From Phoronis australis (lineage: Eukaryota; Animalia; Phoronida), in assembly GCA_002633005.1 (NCBI GenBank), contig NMRA01000403.1:186603-250602 (forward strand): a stretch of 64,000 nucleotides of DNA, written 5' to 3'. Below the pieces are notes generated by a model that saw nothing but the letters and a program-made list of their open reading frames with translations, made no database searches and was not told the DNA's origin. A program made the translations under genes and the position numbers. Below, piece by piece: positions 37,501-48,546 of the stretch (the stretch's first letter is position 1; each line of letters begins with the position of its first letter).

Positions 37501-40500
37501 CGATCATCTCAAAATTTTCTAGCACAACATAGAAAATTGTATCCTTGTCGAAACAGCATTTAGAACGTCTGTGCGTAGAAAGAGTCAAATTAATGTCAAA
37601 AACTCAAATTGCAACATCTTTTATTTCGTTAGTCACGTTCTCTTTAATTGATTTCTTGCGATAATGAAATGCCCCTTTAAATATATTCAAGAACTGACAA
37701 ATGTATCAATTTATCGCGTGTACACGCGAAAACTGTCTGGAAAAGCGCTCTTTTTAAAAGCAACGCTTCGCCTGGCCAGACCACTGCCACGTCGTCTGAA
37801 GAACAGTTGAACAAGTTGGGTTTGCGTCGAAATGGGAACCACAAGATTGATTGATTTTCTGAATAGCAATCTTGATAAGAAGATTGGTTTTGGTAAAATG
37901 TGTTTCTTCATGTGTTTAATTTGTAGAGCAGGGTTTATCATTTCCAGGATATTGTTCCTGCTAGCATTTTGTTCGAGACAAGTGGAATTGTGTTCCCAGT
38001 GCCCGTGTTCTTGGCTTGTAACAAACCCTATACCAAACATTGCCCAACTTATATTTTCTTAAACATCTTCAGACTTCAGTTGCGTTTTGATAGTACCCCG
38101 TGCCAATACCATATTCACCCTATATTGATGTTCTCTTATCCTTTTATTCCGATTGTTCCTAACTTTAATTTGTTAGAAATTATTTTGGATCTCAGGAAAA
38201 AGTGAAACCGTACTTCGTAAATTAGTTTGACTACATGTGCATGTATGTTTTTTCAATTCATGCGTCCAGAAGGAATTGTTTTGCGGTAGACCTAATTAAA
38301 AGAAACCAGACGACCACGAAAGTTTTACTCATATAATTTCAGCTTTCAAATAGAGTATATTTGATTTTTAAATGTCTATTACATCATATTTTGTGTCAAA
38401 ATTTTTCCAGCAAATTAAATTTCGTCCTGTTCATCTGTCTAAAAACGAAAAGTGAATTAAACCATTTGCTCTCATGAAATTGATTATTAAATATGAAGAT
38501 GATGGTCATATTGTCAATAACAATGATTGTTCTAGCTGCAACCAGTCGCCCATATTTTTAATGAACATGCTATGTCTTTGCTCTGAGGATTATTTCTGAC
38601 ACTAACAAACATACTACGAAAGCGATGTAAACTTGTTCTTTATAAATGATGATCTATTACAAGACAACTGATATATTGCATGATAAACAGAAAGTAGATT
38701 TAGTAATTGTGTGTACAATTGTCTTATTTCAACGTTTCCATGATGAGTAATTAAGATTCACGGTGAAGTTAATGATTCTGAAGTTTGCTATAACTTGTTC
38801 ATTGTTTCTGCAGGGCACAGCACTACACCGTGCAGCAGGGTGGGGACGTACAGAGGTGGCGCGTGTTTTGTGTAAAGCAGGCGCTAATATCAACAAGCAA
38901 AACGTGGTAATAGAAACTACTTGAGACGATTTTATAATTAAGACAGTGTTATCTTTGTTACAAAGCTGTAGACTAACTGAAGTTTAACTAAACATGTTGT
39001 GTGTAATAACACTTTTTATTTCTCATCATTTCGACATGTATTTTTCAATCTGTACCCGGTACATGCATCTTAAGAAACAGTGAGGTTTGAATTGTGTCAA
39101 CAATATATTTGGCGATTTAACCTTGATATTTTTCTATTCTTAATGGTAATCGTCCATTCAACATTACAACTTTATATTAAACAGGAAGCCGTTAAACCGG
39201 TGTATAAACACAACATGGAGGGGTCACTGTGAAGTTATGGCGGCGCTCAGTAATTTCTGACAGTCGACGTCTACACCATGTTCTGTTCTTACTTCAACAT
39301 TTTAAAATCACCTGTAAAACTTGAGTGTTGAAATCATTACAGGTATTGTAGCGTCTTAGAGGGGTCAGTAATGTTTCATTTATGTCACCTTTCAAGTTCA
39401 CTGATCCCCTGTGTATGTTAATTTGCTCTAAACGTTGATCGTCCATTCACACATCTCCATTATATATTACATAGATGATGGGCTGGACACCGCTGCACTT
39501 GGCAGCACTGTGTGGTCATACAGAGACAGTGAAGTGTCTTGTGGAACACAACGCTACAGTGGATGTCCGTACTCAGGTAATTAAGGACACACAGGTTGTT
39601 TGGTTGAACTAGTTGTTTACACAAGAGATGATTAAAACTGTTGAAGAACAAATTTTGTTGATATTTTCCCAATTTAATGTCCTTAAACAATGTTAAAATA
39701 AATGTCGTCTGCTTTCCGTTAGAGAACTGCCAAAGCTGCATCCGAACATTTCAGTTGATTCATTATTGCTGTTTTATTTACCGATATATATTCTACATTT
39801 CGTCAAACAATAGTTTCCTCCAGTCGATCTGGATCGCCTCATTTAGTTTAGGACTTATTTTCTACCTTATTTTGATTGTCCAACACTTTACAGCGCACAA
39901 TTACTTGCTGTGTGTTACCGTCCTGTAACGAGACAGGGAACACTGAACACGCTCTGTTGTTTTGTTCTTAAACTTAACATTTCCATGTTGAAATCATTAC
40001 AAGTATTGTAGCGTTTTAGAGGGGTCAGTAATGTTTCATTTATGTCACCTTACAAGTTCACTTTCCCCCGTGTATGTTAATTTGCTCTAAACGTTGATCG
40101 TCCATTCACACATCTCCATTATATATTACATAGGAGGGCCTGACACCGCTGCACTGTGCAGCACTGAATGGTCATACACAGACAGTGAAGTGTCTTGTGG
40201 AACACAACGCTACAGTGGATGAACGTGATAAGGTAATTAATGACACACAGGTTGTTTGGTTGAACTAGTTGTTTACACAAGAGATGATTAAAACTGTTGA
40301 GGAACAAATTTTGTTGATATTTTTTATAATCTAATGTCTCTCAACAATGTCAAATTAAATATCTTCTGCTTTCCATAGGAGGGCCACACACCGCTGCACC
40401 TGGCAGTACAGGAGGGTCATATAGCCGTCGTACAGTGTCTCATCGAACTCCGGGCCAACGTGAATGTTCGTAATGAGGTAATTATTGACACACAGGTTGA

Positions 40501-43500
40501 TGAACACAATACGTGACTAGGCTAATTATTGCGTGTTTTAATTAAATAATCGCAAATTGTGAAGTTCTGGAACAGAAAGGTATAAAACGTGACGTCCTCT
40601 TGACACACCCACTTCGCTATATTTAAGGATGACCGGCATTCTCTCATGTTTGTTCACTTTAGAATGGAGATACATGTACAGCATTACACCTGGCGTCGCA
40701 GAGTGGAAAGGCAGCGGTCGTAGAGCTGCTTGTCAATGAAGGCAGTTGTGAGGTGACTGCCGTAAACAAGGTATCTCTAGAGTGCTGCACTCCGAGCTTA
40801 GTAAATGTTCCAATAAACATGTTTTAAATGAATATTGAGTTCGAGGAATTGTTCATTCATAATAAATATCTCATCAAAAATGAACAACCTCTTTACGTGG
40901 AGTTATACAAAGAGTCACTTCTTCACTGCAAGTACCTTCCCTGAACACGCAGTGAAACCAGAGTCGCTGGTGTGATCGTACTATTGGCATACTAACTAAA
41001 AAACCAACCACACCATAAAGCGCCGAACACATACACAGATTTTAATTTTCTCACCTCATAAAGTTTATTCAGGTTTTTAATCACGTCAGTGCGCATTTAG
41101 GAACCCCACTTAAGTTTTTTTAGCCAAGATTGCTTTAAAAAGGGACTTTGAACAATCAGACTTCTAAGTCACATTGTCGCAAGTCCGTTCGGTGCAAACT
41201 TTTCGATAGGATAGTAACAGAGCACAGCACTGTACACTCATCTGGCCGGTGAGAGGATATTCCGCGAATAAAGTCGCTTGTGTTGCAGTTGCTAGTGGAA
41301 TATATAATACCCACACACAAAATGTGTGCTATGATCAGGATCAATCAAAATCGTTTCCTTTTGAGTAAAATAAATGCATGTCTAAATATTTCGTTTAAAT
41401 GTCTATTCCTATTATCAATTTCAATGAAAGTTTCGAATCTCATCCTCTATTAATTAATTAAAACCATTTGATAATAACCAAGTACTACAAGATGTGGATT
41501 TTTGTCTAAAAACGTTTTGTTGATGCTACGATGGTCAACACAAAAGTGACAAGACTAAATCGCGGTGTGTGGTATGGCGGATCTTGATCACGAAATAAAA
41601 AATACGTAAACATTTCAGTTTGAAAGCCATCAAACAGTTTGGTTCACCCCTCACAGTACCATCGTATTTCGGGTACCAGGACATAGTTCTCGGCGCAGCC
41701 CATCAAATGCTTTTTAGATTAAACGTTCTGGTCAAAACCTTCCGCAAGACGTGCGCTTTCATAGAAATGCAATTACGCAAAAATTAAATGAATGGACAAA
41801 AATATTCATATCTTCAGGAAGAATAAGAGACTGGCATTTCTTGAGATGGATTTCACATTACGACTGAGACTAAATCGAATCTTAATTATATTAAAAACTT
41901 TGTTCAAATTTCAACATTGTAGTGAGAAGAACGGTTTGGGGGTTTCAAGTTGTGAGACTTAGTTCTTGAACGTAACATTTTCGATGATGTGTGCACTGAG
42001 TGTATTGTGTGGAGAACGTGGAAGTTTTAAAACTCTTTCGGTAATAGCTTTTTGGGGGATGGTTTATTATTAAAATATTTATTCGCATTCCACTTTATTG
42101 TCTCAAATGTATGAACTAATAGAATGGCAACCCTTTTCGTATTGAGTCACTTACATCATTATTAAAGATGCTATATTACAGTATAATTCAATCACTTTCC
42201 TTTTCTGTGAGATTTGTCGGGTAGCATATAATTTTATCGATGGCCATGGTGCAACCTACTTTAATTCCTTCGGTGTGAGCATTATAGTATATGAAAAACA
42301 AAAAAATCACCAGAGGGCTGCAGGTTACTTGAATTTGCAATAAAACTCTCAGCGTGTCTTTATTTTGATCCCACTGCACGACTATGTATGTTAATGGCGT
42401 TGTTTGATTTATGTTCTCTGTAATGATGTAAACTTGCGAGCTCCATACGACGTCATTTGGCCTGGGTTGTTTGTAAAATGTATTTAAAAAATGTGCCACC
42501 GGTCGGGGTATAACCACCTGTCTCTGCCACGTGCACAATCTTTTTTCTTATAAACTGTGAATTTTAGGCCCCCACTTTCGGGTGTTAAAATCTCAATTTC
42601 CATTATCTTTTCCGTGCAAATTTTAAGTCATTCTTGAGCGCATATCTGGATAAATTGCCAAGGAGCTCCTTACTGAAAGATGCACAAAATTGTACAAATA
42701 AACATGTAGAGAACTGGAAATGTGTGTATGTTTTAATATTTGATTGCCGTTTATGAAGTAAAACTACATGTGAAGGGTTCGTTGCTCTATGATTTGCATG
42801 TTTATGCTTCCACGAAAATCGGCAATTCTCCGATTTACGAATAAAATCTGCCAATTCTTAAAGAAACATCTTCAGAACATTGAGCTTCTAGACCCCCAAG
42901 CAACAAGTTCCGTAGATTCCAAAACGTGTTACGTATTTTAGAATGTTGATGTTTTAGGACACTTTTACCAAGGAAATTTAATGAACCAAGGTGTAGAGCT
43001 GAGACAATAACAGTGGGGGTGTCAGTAAACTTTTTTTCATTGGTTTCCTTTTATAAATTCTGAATATTTGTCATGTAAGCCAGTGTGTCTGTGTTTCATG
43101 TATTTTTACCCTATATGCGCGTATTTAGGCCAATACGTAAAATGAAATATTATAAAGCCTACAAAACATGCAAGTATACAAAGGATATTATGCATGTGTT
43201 TGTGCGAAACATTTGAGTATGAAAATTTCCTTATGGCAGTTATTTCGGATATAGGTGTTAGTGCCTAAATAATGCGTAAAACACACAATGCTCTACACTG
43301 GGTTACACTTTTCGTTGTTTACTCAAAAAATTTCGTTTAGTGTTCTTCTTTAGAATTAAAGTGCATTAAAATGTGCCAAGTAAACAAATCTCTTACAGTG
43401 TATGCTCTAGTGGTCGAATAAATGTCAGTGGCATTCTGAATACGTGCTGTGCTTTTACTGAAACACAGACTGGTTAATGAAAGCTGTTTCCACTACTACA

Positions 43501-46500
43501 AAAGATTGAACGAATTCAGTTGACGCGATATAGGCTGAGCATCACCTGATTTGTGATTAAGGCATTTTAAGATGGAAATCAGTGCTTGTCCGATGTTTCT
43601 TACACGACGACAATCTCGAGACTGTCGTGAACACATCGGCCACGCGTTAACAGCTCATCATTTAGGCGAAGGTCAGTCGATGTCATGTTGAGTGTCACCA
43701 GATCGCCAACAGATAATTCTACGACTTAAGCTGCCGAAAACACTTTGCCTAATGGTGCTTCAGTTGCTGCGTGTTGACACCGATGGCACCGACTGCACTC
43801 CGGAAAATTTCCAGGCAACTGCCCGCCTTCCATCGACATAAATGCGAGCCACCTGATTGTTTTAAACGTGATAGTGTGTTGATACTACCCACCCAGAACA
43901 ATGATATCTTTGTTTCTGTTTCGCTTACTACAGTATTATACGTGTGTGTTAAGGATTTGTATGCCCTAATTTAGCAGTCTACCTATTTTGATAATGCTTA
44001 AAAACATGGATTGTAACAGAGTTGATGTTTGTAGTTTCTGAAACTAAACTACAAAATTTGATTTTTACCTCTCTACTACTCTGCCACTATTTGCATCACG
44101 TGACTTAACAGAAAGGAAATGTACATTGATAACAAAACAATATCAGATTTTATAACGTATAAATCTTTAAGATGATATCTCAAAACGTTACTGTTTCTAA
44201 TACACCTGTTCGTTTTTTTGTATAACTCGTGAAATCCCTGTTGACAGCCTCTCATGCAAAAATGCATTGTTTTAAAAACAGTTACGTACAGTGTGTTAGC
44301 AAACAGTGCATGAGAATAGTTTCCGATCAACCCTTTTGAGATAGGGTACTCCGAAGTTATCCAAATGTCCCTGGAACCCACACAACCTTAAAGAACAAGC
44401 GCCTCATACAAAGCTGCTGGTTACATATTTGAAACAGCTTGAGTGAAGTCAAGAAGCAAAATTTACAAATCAAGTGAACAAATAAGTAATATCGCTCTAT
44501 TCTGTAATACCCGGCAATAAAATGTCCTTGATATGTGACTGAAATAAATCATAGTTGTTTCATTTTGAACTTGGCGTAATTTTTGACAGTTTAAATATCA
44601 TTTCCACGAGCTGTTCATCAAACAATTGAAAATCGTGCAAATTTGTTTTTGGTTCATCAACACATTTCCATGCTTCTTGTAGGAAGGCAACACGCCGCTG
44701 CACAGCGCGTCTTCACGTGGCCGGCTAGCTGTTGTGGAACTGCTTCTGAAAACTGGTGTCGATGCGACGGTTGTTAATACGGTAAGATAAGAGTGTCAAT
44801 CAAATTGTGTGGTATGCTATCAGTATCTGCTTTCAATGGATAGGTAAGAGTGTTTGTAGTCATCATAACTCATTACAATTGTATATGTAAATATTATGTA
44901 TGTCCTGGTACACTGGAACAGCGTCCACCGTTGCTGATAAAGTCCTTTTCTACTTTTCTTTAAACTCCGAAGCGACTATCGACACGGAATTTTTAACAAA
45001 TTTAAACTATTCACTTGATGTAGTAGCCAGGTCGCTATGTGACTGCTTCAAATTTTGAAGAACCCGCAGCCCAATGAAGCCAGGAACTTACGTGAAGTAT
45101 TACCATTTCGTTCTCAACGTTGTATATTCGTCGTCTTTCCTGTTTAACACGCCAATCTACCAGCCTCGCATTGCTTATTTGGCGATAGGTGCAAGTATTC
45201 GGTTCATATTGGTACAGTTCACGTGCTTGATATTATAAAATTTTAGCACATGGTAGGAAGTAAATTTTACGTGCTTGTGTTACTCTTCAGTGTGAGCTTT
45301 AAAGGTAGTAAGTTGTGTCTTGCAGGTCGGACAAACAGCTTACGATGTCTGTGGCGACAATCGTGACATGTTTTTTAACAAAGTCGACGATGAGACTATC
45401 GAGAAAATAAAGAAAATTCTTGAGGTATGTAGTAGTGAAAAAAATCAGATTCTTGCTACAAAGACCATATTTTGTGATTAATGTCATTAACGCCATTTGC
45501 ACGATTGGGAGAAGTCGTGTGTTCGAACCCCGATCTGGACAGAGATATTTTCAGACTTAGCTATAGGTCACGTGGTGCGACCAACAGATGGCGTGTCAGA
45601 CGACTGATAATTCTCTCTTTTTTGTTGTATCAGTGTTATTTTGTTATAAATATACATCTCGCCTAGGCGGGTACAAGTAAGGTTTTCTCTCACTGCATTG
45701 GGGATCTTTGTATCATTTAAACAGCTCGGAACGTAATGTAGTAAATACTTGTGTCTAGAATCTGATATTTCTTTTACTTTATTTGACAAAAATCGTTGTT
45801 CACTGTAGAAGAATATGCGATTAAAGCAGCAAAGCGGAAAACCACCACCCTCAGATGAAAATGCGAACGGAAATCTCCTTCCTGTCAACGAGGAAGAGAG
45901 CGTACTATTAGCGTGGCTGGAGGGTTATCTGAAGTCGAAATATCGAGACATCCCTGACGGCGAATTGGACGTCAGCGTAAAAATAAAAACGAGAGAGAAC
46001 GGCACATTCCAACTGCTGAGTGTGGATACCAAGCTGATGGGTATTATATTGTGACTAAGTGTAAACTAAGATATATGTAAACACAGTCTTCATATAGACC
46101 GTTAAGTTCCATGTATAACGATATTTTTATTGAGACACCTCTGGAACTCAATACTTTAAGCTGTCATTAGCATGGCGAAAGTGCACGATGACAGCGCATT
46201 TCCAGAGGATTAAAACCGTTACTTGTCTTGCGTATTCAAAGACAAGAGGTGACTATGACTTCAGAATGGAAAGCATGCCGTTGTTATCAATGACAGTACA
46301 TGTATATTAAGAGCCAGGACTAGGAATTACATAGCCAGCTACATGTAGCTACATATACAGTACGTGATGGCTTCCTGTAAGCTAAAAAACTGGTCAAGAA
46401 ATTCAACTATATCAGTTTTGATTGCAATCATTAACTATGTAAAATTTCAAAATCTTTGTTAAGAACCAATAACTCATAATTACAAGGTGGTTAATGATAC

Positions 46501-48546
46501 AGAGTAGATCCTATTAATTTGTGTACAAAATTACATGTATGTGTGGCATGTCATCATTTTCTGGAACAACTCATTTTGTGCTCAACGTTATAGGTGGGAT
46601 GTTCTCTTATGTTCTCGTTTGCTACAAAAAACCCAAGTGACTACGTATTGATAGTTCTCCACCGAAATAAAATAAACAATAACCGATTATAGAGAGAGAA
46701 AGACGTTTTTGTGTGATTTTAAGGTAGTGAAATAGTCAAAATAGTTTATTTGAAAAATAAAATGAGCACCAACAACTGAAAACGGGTTGATCGACGAGTT
46801 TGACTGTGAGCCTGGAAGTGGTATTGCTCGCACTGGGGGAATTATGCACGGGAGTAGGATTTGTCCGAGAGTAGAGAAACATGTCCACCACACCGTAAAA
46901 TGTGGTTCATGAAGTCAAACTACGTTCGCTAGGGGGGAACAGCGTGCGCGTCCGAAAGATGTTGCTCGTTTGTAGATAATTCTAGGTCTGGCAAAACGAA
47001 ATAAATATTGAATCTATGAATTTAAGGGTCTGGTAACTGCTCATTTACGTTTGCAAGTTACGAAGTATACGGATGTTTCATTTCCTTTCCAGACTATTTC
47101 CCACTAGTTGTACCCGTAAGGCAGTCCTGTCTTTTGGGCAAGTTTCCTGAACAAGGTCAGAACGTGATATCGGCTGAGCTCCACGAGTCATTGGCCAATG
47201 CGCTGAAGTCGGTTGTTCTACTTGCACGTGCAGATGCACAAGGAGTGGGGTCCGGCTTCCGAGTAGGGCGCAATTATGTGATTACAAACTATCACGTGTA
47301 CCAATGCCTGAATGTCCCCAGTAAGTATTTTGTCTGTTGATTGAATGTATGAATCCGGGTTTTTGTAATTCGCCTAGGACACATGTATAATGGTTCCACT
47401 TTCCCTGCTGTAATCAAGGACCGGAATTTTAAGAGTTGGGTTAGATTTATAGGCCTATTTTCAGTTGTCCCCAGAGTTGCGCTGTGTATCGTCACTTGCC
47501 AATCTAATGCACTGTGATGACGACTAGTCTGNNNNNNNNNNNNNNNNNNNNNNNNNNNNNNNNNNNNNNNNNNNNNNNNNNNNNNNNNNNNNNNNNNNNN
47601 NNNNNNNNNNNNNNNNNNNNNNNNNNNNNNNNNNNNNNNNNNNNNNNNNNNNNNNNNNNNNNNNNNNNNNNNNNNNNNNNNNNNNNNNNNNNNNNNNNNN
47701 NNNNNNNNNNNNNNNNNNNNNNNNNNNNNNNNNNNNNNNNNNNNNNNNNNNNNNNNNNNNNNNNNNNNNNNNNNNNNNNNNNNNNNNNNNNNNNNNNNNN
47801 NNNNNNNNNNNNNNNNNNNNNNNNNNNNNNNNNNNNNNNNNNNNNNNNNNNNNNNNNNNNNNNNNNNNNNNNNNNNNNNNNNNNNNNNNNNNNNNNNNNN
47901 NNNNNNNNNNNNNNNNNNNNNNNNNNNNNNNNNNNNNNNNNNNNNNNNNNNNNNNNNNNNNNNNNNNNNNNNNNNNNNNNNNNNNNNNNNNNNNNNNNNN
48001 NNNNNNNNNNNNNNNNNNNNNNNNNNNNNNNNNNNNNNNNNNNNNNNNNNNNNNNNNNNNNNNNNNNNNNNNNNNNNNNNNNNNNNNNNNNNNNNNNNNN
48101 NNNNNNNNNNNNACTGTGCTTCTGCACCTCCCACTGAGGGCGCTGGCGTCGCTGTACTTTCCGTGGGCTCGCCGTCGTAAAAACCGTTTAATTTGTAATT
48201 TCAGGTTTCTGAGTTAAACCAATGGGCACAGCGGACATTTCCTGGCCGTGCCGTATTCCCACAAATCGACGACCCACGACGAGTTCTTTACCGAACAAGT
48301 CTACAGTTTGGCAAAGGCAGCTCAGGAAGTCCTGGTTTTGTACCCGATGACAAACATGAGGCGTGCGTCGCCGCGATACAGACACGTGGATTTCCGGATT
48401 TGCCAGATTTTCATTTCGTTCCCCAAGAGGTAGTCAAGGCTCGTTCTGTGGAGCAAGGGGTCAGGGTGGAGGCTGTCTATGACTTCCTCCACACCAACCA
48501 CCCTGCACTGTGTCAGGATATCTTTGGCAACAATAAGCCTAGTTAA
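19442..48546 (+). CDS. Spliced gene: ankyrin-repeat array + linker + FAM111-like trypsin-2 serine protease (5' end and catalytic-Asp exon unresolved)
   Basis: Exons 19442-19531, 38814-38906, 39475-39576, 40134-40232, 40379-40477, 40663-40770, 44683-44781, 45326-45424, 45809-46040 and 47093-47320 all have AG/GT borders and compatible phases. A terminal exon at 48205-48546 follows a gap. Confidence 0.8.
22217..22356. mobile_element. MITE with perfect 21-bp TIRs; relatives at ~20340-20462, ~26305-26428 and ~61120-61281
   Basis: CGTTCAGTAACGCTAGGACCT ... AGGTCCTAGCGTTACTGAACG. Related internal CACGTGTTCT..TTTAAAATACACGG cores and GTTA(C/T)TGAAC ends occur in the other copies. Confidence 0.75.
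23964..24202. mobile_element. hAT-like MITE (CA...TG ends, GCGCGCACCCAG inverted repeat); an inverted relative lies at ~22975-23135
   Basis: CAAGCGCGCACCCAG ... CTGGGTGCGCGCATG. No clear TSD. Confidence 0.55.
26092..28958 (-). mobile_element. Sola3 DNA transposon (decayed; one terminus present, the other lost at contig join n26091)
   Basis: Minus-strand translation gives SGNAGCYH, SESQNGKDLCDRKIAP, FPC..GY..F....L.QHLDVGNH, G*ALKK.K...RFS.KVK.FL..IFDEG..SG and LSESQI. The terminus GAGGCAG... abuts TTAA (28959-28962). Confidence 0.75.
28959..31968 (+). repeat. Second copy of 20714-21637 + 24102-26090 (allelic haplotype or segmental duplicate)
   Basis: Long high-identity alignment. This copy lacks ~2.5 kb and has an internal ~210-bp tandem duplication (~30617-31030). 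Confidence 0.85.
33113..35096 (+). repeat. ~1-kb direct duplication centred on single n at 34110 (likely overlapping haplotigs)
   Basis: 33113-34109 and 34111-35096 are near-identical, with identical ORFs at 33676 and 34660. Confidence 0.85.
35004..35168. mobile_element. Small MITE with CAGTGCTGTAGTGG-type TIRs
   Basis: C(A/T)GTGCTGTAGTGG ... CCACTACAGCACTG. Confidence 0.5.
38814..38906 (+). CDS. Ankyrin exon 2: GTALHRAAGWGRTEVARVLCKAGANINKQNV
   Basis: CTGCAG|...|GTAATA, 93 nt, ankyrin consensus. Confidence 0.9.
39475..39576 (+). CDS. Ankyrin exon 3: MMGWTPLHLAALCGHTETVKCLVEHNATVDVRTQ
   Basis: CATAG|...|GTAATT, 102 nt, TPLH motif. Confidence 0.9.
40134..40232 (+). CDS. Ankyrin exon 4: EGLTPLHCAALNGHTQTVKCLVEHNATVDERDK
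   Basis: CATAG|...|GTAATT, 99 nt. Recent duplicate of exon 3 together with its introns. Confidence 0.9.
40379..40477 (+). CDS. Ankyrin exon 5: EGHTPLHLAVQEGHIAVVQCLIELRANVNVRNE
   Basis: CATAG|...|GTAATT, 99 nt. Confidence 0.9.
40663..40770 (+). CDS. Ankyrin exon 6: NGDTCTALHLASQSGKAAVVELLVNEGSCEVTAVNK
   Basis: CTTTAG|...|GTATCT, 108 nt. Confidence 0.88.
44683..44781 (+). CDS. Ankyrin exon 7: EGNTPLHSASSRGRLAVVELLLKTGVDATVVNT
   Basis: TTGTAG|...|GTAAGA, 99 nt. Confidence 0.9.
45326..45424 (+). CDS. Ankyrin C-cap exon 8: VGQTAYDVCGDNRDMFFNKVDDETIEKIKKILE
   Basis: TTGCAG|...|GTATGT, 99 nt. GxTAxD is typical of a terminal ankyrin cap. Confidence 0.8.
45809..46040 (+). CDS. Linker exon 9 (KNMRLKQQSGKPP...DTKLM)
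   Basis: CTGTAG acceptor, open 77 codons, and a phase-1 donor compatible with the next exon. Confidence 0.7.
47093..47320 (+). CDS. Protease exon with catalytic His: ...ALKSVVLL...GVGSGFRVGRNYVITNYHV...
   Basis: TTCCAG|...|GTAAGT, phase 1-1. GSGF..TNxHV is the trypsin-2 (FAM111/HtrA/V8-like) His motif. Confidence 0.85.
47532..48112. other. Assembly gap inside the protease domain region
   Basis: Run of N. Confidence 1.
48205..48546 (+). CDS. Terminal protease exon with catalytic Ser: ...DDPRRVLYRTSLQFGKGSSGSPGF...AAIQTRGF...RSVEQGV...HPALCQDIFGNNKPS*
   Basis: TTTCAG acceptor, 113 open codons (absent from the ORF track). Aligns by eye to the FAM111A C-terminus (ITYDT.FFFGASGSP...AMHAAG...RSIIEFG...HKPWYEEVF). 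Confidence 0.85.
   Translation, partial: VSELNQWAQRTFPGRAVFPQIDDPRRVLYRTSLQFGKGSSGSPGFVPDDKHEACVAAIQTRGFPDLPDFHFVPQEVVKARSVEQGVRVEAVYDFLHTNHPALCQDIFGNNKPS

Noticed and set aside
39330-40500. CRISPR-like or VNTR array
   Set aside because: The repeats are exon+intron units of a eukaryotic ankyrin gene, with no repeat-spacer structure or cas genes.
41090-43280. Possible DNA transposon in the ankyrin intron
   Set aside because: Terminal similarity is weak and no transposase motif was recognised.
11523-48137. Long ORFs full of X (11523, 11539, 15950, 16002, 16018, 47292, 47504, 47514)
   Set aside because: They are artefacts of translating through N gaps.
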